This document shows, in pieces, positions 60,145-64,000 of a DNA stretch of 64,000 bases (the stretch's first letter is position 1; each line of letters starts with the position of its first letter). Source of the stretch: Bacteroidota bacterium (GTDB lineage: Bacteria > Bacteroidota > Bacteroidia > 2-12-FULL-35-15). The DNA lies in the NCBI GenBank assembly GCA_947476185.1, contig CANJPX010000008.1, forward strand, positions 5,693 to 69,692, in the 5' to 3' direction. Below the pieces are notes generated by a model. The model was not told the origin of the DNA and searched no databases. It worked only from the letters and a program-made list of their open reading frames with translations. The position numbers were made by a program, and so were the translations under genes.

Positions 60145-61352
60145 TAGTGTTTATTGTGTTGTTTTCTGTTCGAAATAAATTCAACAGCAAGATTGATAAA
60201 TAAGGTGATCAGGAAAAGTATGCAACCCAATGCAAACAATGCCTGATAATGCAAACCTCCATTTGGTGCCTCACCAAGTTCAGCAGCAATCGTTGCCGGA
60301 ATAGTCCGAACAGGTTCTAAGATCGAATGTGGAATCACGGCAGCATTTCCTGTTACCATCAATACAGCCATTGTTTCACCGATAGCGCGGCCGATCCCTA
60401 AAATAGCTCCTGCAGAAATTCCTGAAATAGAATAGGGTATAACAACTTTATAAATTGTTTGCCACTTGCTGGCGCCTAAAGCCAAACTAGCTTCTTTCAT
60501 GGCACGCGGAGTATTCCGCATTGCATCTTCCGAAATAGTTATTATGGTAGGCAAAGCCATTATTCCTAAAATTATACTACCAGCCAAACCGGTTTCACCA
60601 ACGGGAAGATTAAATGTTTTTTGAATAAGCGGTACAATAATTACCAATCCGAAAAATCCGTAAACAACAGAAGGGATTCCTGCAAGAAGTTCGATCAAAG
60701 GTTTCATAATCCTACGAACATTATCCTTCGCGATCTCACTCATAAAAATTGCAGCAGCTAATCCTAAAGGCAATGCTAATAAGATCGCACCAAAACTTAC
60801 CCATAAGGTTCCAAGTATTAAAGGCAATACGCCTAACTGAGCAGAAGGCTGAGCTGTTGGGAACCATTCTTTACCACCGAAAAATTCTTTCAGACTTACT
60901 TTGTCCACAGTCAATTCATGACCTTTAAAATCTTTCGCAAGATATTTTTTCGGAAAAAAAGCAATGATATCAGGTAGGCTGTCAACCAAACGGTTAATAC
61001 AAGTAGATAGTCCTTCAAAATTTTCACCTATTTCTTCGTCAGAATAAAAATTAGAAATATCTTCTGCACGGAATAAAATTATGGAATCAGGTTTACCGCC
61101 AATCTCACTCCAGTGTGTAATCTTCTGATCGTAAATATTTTTTATTTGTTCGGAGGATAATGTTTTTAGCGGATTGCTTTTGCTGAGCGCGATAACATAG
61201 CCTTCTTCAACTGGTTTTTTATCAAAGACACCTAAACCTTCTTTGAAAAGAAAAAAAACAATAAGCACCACAGTAAGACTAGTGATTGTTCCGCTCAACA
61301 TCAACAAGCCTTCAATAAACTTTTCGGAAAATTTTTTATAAAACGTTTTCAA
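60144..61352 (-). CDS. pstC: Phosphate ABC transporter permease PstC with periplasmic PstS-like insertion
   Basis: ELLAGIPSVVYG, GRAIGETMAV; TTG start. Confidence 0.95.
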   Translation of the reverse strand: MKTFYKKFSEKFIEGLLMLSGTITSLTVVLIVFFLFKEGLGVFDKKPVEEGYVIALSKSNPLKTLSSEQIKNIYDQKITHWSEIGGKPDSIILFRAEDISNFYSDEEIGENFEGLSTCINRLVDSLPDIIAFFPKKYLAKDFKGHELTVDKVSLKEFFGGKEWFPTAQPSAQLGVLPLILGTLWVSFGAILLALPLGLAAAIFMSEIAKDNVRRIMKPLIELLAGIPSVVYGFFGLVIIVPLIQKTFNLPVGETGLAGSIILGIMALPTIITISEDAMRNTPRAMKEASLALGASKWQTIYKVVIPYSISGISAGAILGIGRAIGETMAVLMVTGNAAVIPHSILEPVRTIPATIAAELGEAPNGGLHYQALFALGCILFLITLFINLAVEFISNRKQHNKH

Positions 61353-61377
61353 GCAAATTCAATCTTTAAATACATTG

Positions 61378-61444
61378 CAAAGTTAGATTCAAGCGCCTTT
61401 CTTTTAGTATATTAATTGTTATGCTTGTGTTAATTTAATGTTAA
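61378..61444 (-). promoter_or_regulatory. pstCAB promoter: -7 motif plus Pho-box-like repeats
   Basis: TAACTTTG (minus, 61378-61385); plus-strand TGTTAT 61417, TGTTAA 61428, TGTTAA 61439. Confidence 0.72.
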
Positions 61445-61461
61445 ATGACGTTTCGGAAAAT

Positions 61462-61493
61462 AAAAAAGCACCTTACATTTCTGCAAGGCGCTT
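61462..61493 (-). terminator. Terminator after pstS
   Basis: Minus strand GCGCCTTGCA-GAAA-TGTAAGGTGC-T6 with G.U pairs valid only on this strand. Confidence 0.8.
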
Positions 61494-61516
61494 CCTTCAA
61501 TCTAACTAAACAGGAT

Positions 61517-62338
61517 CTATTTTGTCAATGGGACATACCCCACAGCTTCAACCGTTTTTTGTCCTTCGGCAGATAAAATATAATCAACGAAAGGCTTAAC
61601 TGTTTTTTCAACAGTGGTCAGGTAATAATAATACAAAGGACGGACGATCGGATATGTTCTATCTTTTGCAGTTGCCATTGATGGAGCGATATAAGTCTTC
61701 CCTTTATCGTAAGATACCTTCAACGCTTTTACTTCCTTTTCCATATAAGCTAATCCGATGTAACCAATTGCCCCTTTTGTCTGACTAACAGACTGAACAA
61801 TCGCACCAGTAGCAGGCATGTTTAAAACGGAAGAAGCATAGTTCTTTTTGTTCAAAACATGATCCTTAAAGAACTCATATGTTCCAGAACTTGATTCACG
61901 CGAATAAACAACTATCTGAAGATCATCTCCACCAACTTCTTTCCAATTTTTTATTTTTCCGGTATAGATACCTTCCAATTGTTCGCGGGTAAGTTGAGAA
62001 ACTTTATTTGCCGGATTTACAATCACCGATAACGCATCGTATGCAATGATGGTTTCTTTGTATGCACGCCCTGCATCCTGCAATTTCATTTTTTCATCCA
62101 TTTTGATCTTACGGGACGACATTGCAATATCTGTTGAATTATCCACCAAAGCCGCTAATCCAACACCACTTCCACCACCTGTAACAGTAATTTTTGCAGA
62201 TTTATTCGCTTTCATATAACTTTCTGCTTCTTTTTGTGAAAGAGGCAAAACAGTATCACTTCCTTTTATTTTTTGTGCAACGCCTATACCTGTGTATAAA
62301 CTCAATGCAATAATTAACACTTTCGATTTCATTTTCAT
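61517..62338 (-). CDS. pstS: Phosphate-binding protein PstS
   Basis: IKGSDTV, GGGSGVG, MSSR, RESSSGT, YPIVRPL. Confidence 0.95.
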   Translation of the reverse strand: MKMKSKVLIIALSLYTGIGVAQKIKGSDTVLPLSQKEAESYMKANKSAKITVTGGGSGVGLAALVDNSTDIAMSSRKIKMDEKMKLQDAGRAYKETIIAYDALSVIVNPANKVSQLTREQLEGIYTGKIKNWKEVGGDDLQIVVYSRESSSGTYEFFKDHVLNKKNYASSVLNMPATGAIVQSVSQTKGAIGYIGLAYMEKEVKALKVSYDKGKTYIAPSMATAKDRTYPIVRPLYYYYLTTVEKTVKPFVDYILSAEGQKTVEAVGYVPLTK

Positions 62339-62361
62339 TTTTTCTATTATTTTATTTGATA

Positions 62362-62428
62362 CAAAATTACATTTGCTATGTTAAGCGAGTGTTAAGCTAA
62401 AATTGTATTGATGTTATCTTAATGTTTT
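62362..62428 (-). promoter_or_regulatory. pstS promoter: -7 motif plus Pho-box-like repeats
   Basis: TAATTTTG (minus, 62362-62369); plus-strand TGTTAA 62379, TGTTAA 62390, TGTTAT 62412, TGTTTT 62423. Confidence 0.72.
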
Positions 62429-62429
62429 C

Positions 62430-62461
62430 AAAAAAACCTCCCCAACGCATCGGGGAGGTTT
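62430..62461 (-). terminator. Terminator after the porin gene
   Basis: Minus strand AAACCTCCCCGA-TGCG-TTGGGGAGG-T7. Confidence 0.82.
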
Positions 62462-62483
62462 CAATATTTTTTGATCTCAATTA

Positions 62484-63821
62484 TTAAAATTTATATTGGA
62501 ATCTCATCGTAAATACGTTATCCGGAATATCTTTCCAATAACCTTTGCTTGTAAGATTTTTACTGGTTTCATTCGTTACCATGTCGTAGTAAAAAGAAAG
62601 TTTAATATTATTATCCCACTTATAATTATAGCCAACACCAAGGGTTGAATATTTCAGGTCAGCAGTCCCCAATTTGCTACCTGATGCAGCAATCTGATCA
62701 CCAGATACTTTTGTATTTGGATCGTACCAATCGTATTTAATTACAATTTGATGTTTTGTCTGCATGATATTCTGGATGAAATAAAAGTATGCACCATTAA
62801 AACTTCTTAAGTAAGTATCAGCAGTGTGCGTATAAGCTGAAGCGTCTGATAATGCTGCACTCGGACTTTTTGTTGAACTTGAAGATCCGGGTTGAACACC
62901 TTGAATATATTCGCCTTTCAAAGTTGTAATACCAAAAGGAAAATCGAAAGAGATCTGAGCATCAATTCCCATGTATTGGCGTTGTGCAATTTTACCAGTA
63001 TTAGTAGTAGCAGAATCTACAACAAATCCATATTTTCCGGAATTATTCGGAATTGAATCAATTGTTTTATAAATATATTTGTTCGCCTGACGAACTCCTC
63101 CATCATAAAAAGAAACGCCTAGACCATATTTAAATTTTTCTGATTTGCTAGATTTAGCGACAGAAAGACGGCTGATAAAATCTTTTTGAAAATCAAAATC
63201 GGATGCTTTTCCTGCAGTACCATTGAACATACCTGCTTCAAATTTTAAGAAATTGAATTTAGATGTTTTCGGCATCTGAAAAGTAAGCATTCCTCCAAGG
63301 TCATTTTCTCCCGGTAACAATGTTTGCGACATACGGCCGCGCTCAGGGGATTCTAAAGCACTTGAAGAATTAGGCGCTTCGTATCCAAATGGCACATCAA
63401 AAATACCCATCTGTAAAGAAACTGCTTGTAACCAAGGTTCTGTAAATTTAACATAAGCCTCTTTTGTACGAATCTCTGTTTCATTTGCATCCAACTGAAA
63501 TACAAATTGTGTCAGACGATTATCATAAACAATTTTAACCCGTCCCCTTCTAACAGTAAAACGTTTATCGACATTTGATTTAAAATCACCACCTGCGAAA
63601 GAGGGAACACCAGAAGAATCAGCAACTTGAAATTGCGCCTGAATATATCCTGAAATTTTAACTTTTTTAAATAGTGCAAAATCTTCTTGCAATTTACTTA
63701 CCGCTCTAGTAAGAGTGTCTAATGGAGTTTCTTGCGCTTCCTGAGCATTTAGCTTAAAGCTATAACTTGTAAAAGCTATAAAAGCTACAAGCGTTAATAA
63801 AAGGTTTGTTTTTAGTTTCAT
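62484..63821 (-). CDS. Outer-membrane porin, probably phosphate-selective (OprO/OprP-like)
   Basis: Signal peptide, short coiled coil, ISGYIQ, RRGRVK, PFGYE, ERGR, terminal QYKF; upstream of pstS. Confidence 0.82.
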   Translation of the reverse strand: MKLKTNLLLTLVAFIAFTSYSFKLNAQEAQETPLDTLTRAVSKLQEDFALFKKVKISGYIQAQFQVADSSGVPSFAGGDFKSNVDKRFTVRRGRVKIVYDNRLTQFVFQLDANETEIRTKEAYVKFTEPWLQAVSLQMGIFDVPFGYEAPNSSSALESPERGRMSQTLLPGENDLGGMLTFQMPKTSKFNFLKFEAGMFNGTAGKASDFDFQKDFISRLSVAKSSKSEKFKYGLGVSFYDGGVRQANKYIYKTIDSIPNNSGKYGFVVDSATTNTGKIAQRQYMGIDAQISFDFPFGITTLKGEYIQGVQPGSSSSTKSPSAALSDASAYTHTADTYLRSFNGAYFYFIQNIMQTKHQIVIKYDWYDPNTKVSGDQIAASGSKLGTADLKYSTLGVGYNYKWDNNIKLSFYYDMVTNETSKNLTSKGYWKDIPDNVFTMRFQYKF

Positions 63822-63858
63822 AGTGATTATGTAATGGTTAATTTAACTTTAACTGGCA

Positions 63859-63925
63859 CAAATGTATTTTCAATTCATTTCTTTTGTGTTACGCCAATGT
63901 TAACTTTACATAAACTTTGTGGTAA
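63859..63925 (-). promoter_or_regulatory. Porin promoter: -7 motif plus Pho-box-like repeats
   Basis: TACATTTG (minus, 63859-63866); plus-strand TGTTAC 63887, TGTTAA 63898, TGGTAA 63920. Confidence 0.7.
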
Positions 63926-64000
63926 AAATAAAACACGCAATCAATTGATTGAGTGTTTTAAAGCTCATTAAATAAGCAAACAGAAAGGGAAACAAACAAG

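Overview
AT-rich chromosomal segment from a Bacteroidota bacterium, judged by T9SS cargo proteins, a PorP/SprF gene and TAnnTTTG '-7' promoters. From left to right: (1) ~11 kb signalling cluster with an Rcp-like CheY, REC-PP2C, REC plus truncated HisKA, a GlcG/HbpS heme-binding protein coupled to a GAF/PAS hybrid kinase with HPt, a sigma54 activator and a PAS kinase; (2) LRR protein, dipeptidyl peptidase IV and a ytfI/ytfJ-like pair; (3) ~15 kb formate/C1 locus with fhs, fdhD and two different NAD-linked Cys-type formate dehydrogenases, one FdsABG-like and one HydABC/Hyl-like with electron-bifurcation signatures; (4) TPR-PP2C sensor, tRNA-Arg(CCT), cytochrome c and lpxD; (5) TPR kinase/LuxR pair divergent from a repeat-rich T9SS type-B surface protein plus PorP/SprF; (6) housekeeping genes (ATL, trmB, tyrS) interspersed with two families of GTCA-type palindromic REP-like elements, one flanking a stand-alone GIY-YIG nuclease; (7) a phosphate uptake regulon (porin, pstSCAB, phoU, DUF47, pit) whose four promoters share in-phase 11-bp TTAACA repeats. 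Best candidates for novelty: the REP-flanked GIY-YIG cassette, the putative electron-bifurcating FDH next to Fhs, and the phased Pho-box architecture. No CRISPR array, rRNA or transposase was seen. All calls come from motif reading; no database search was run.
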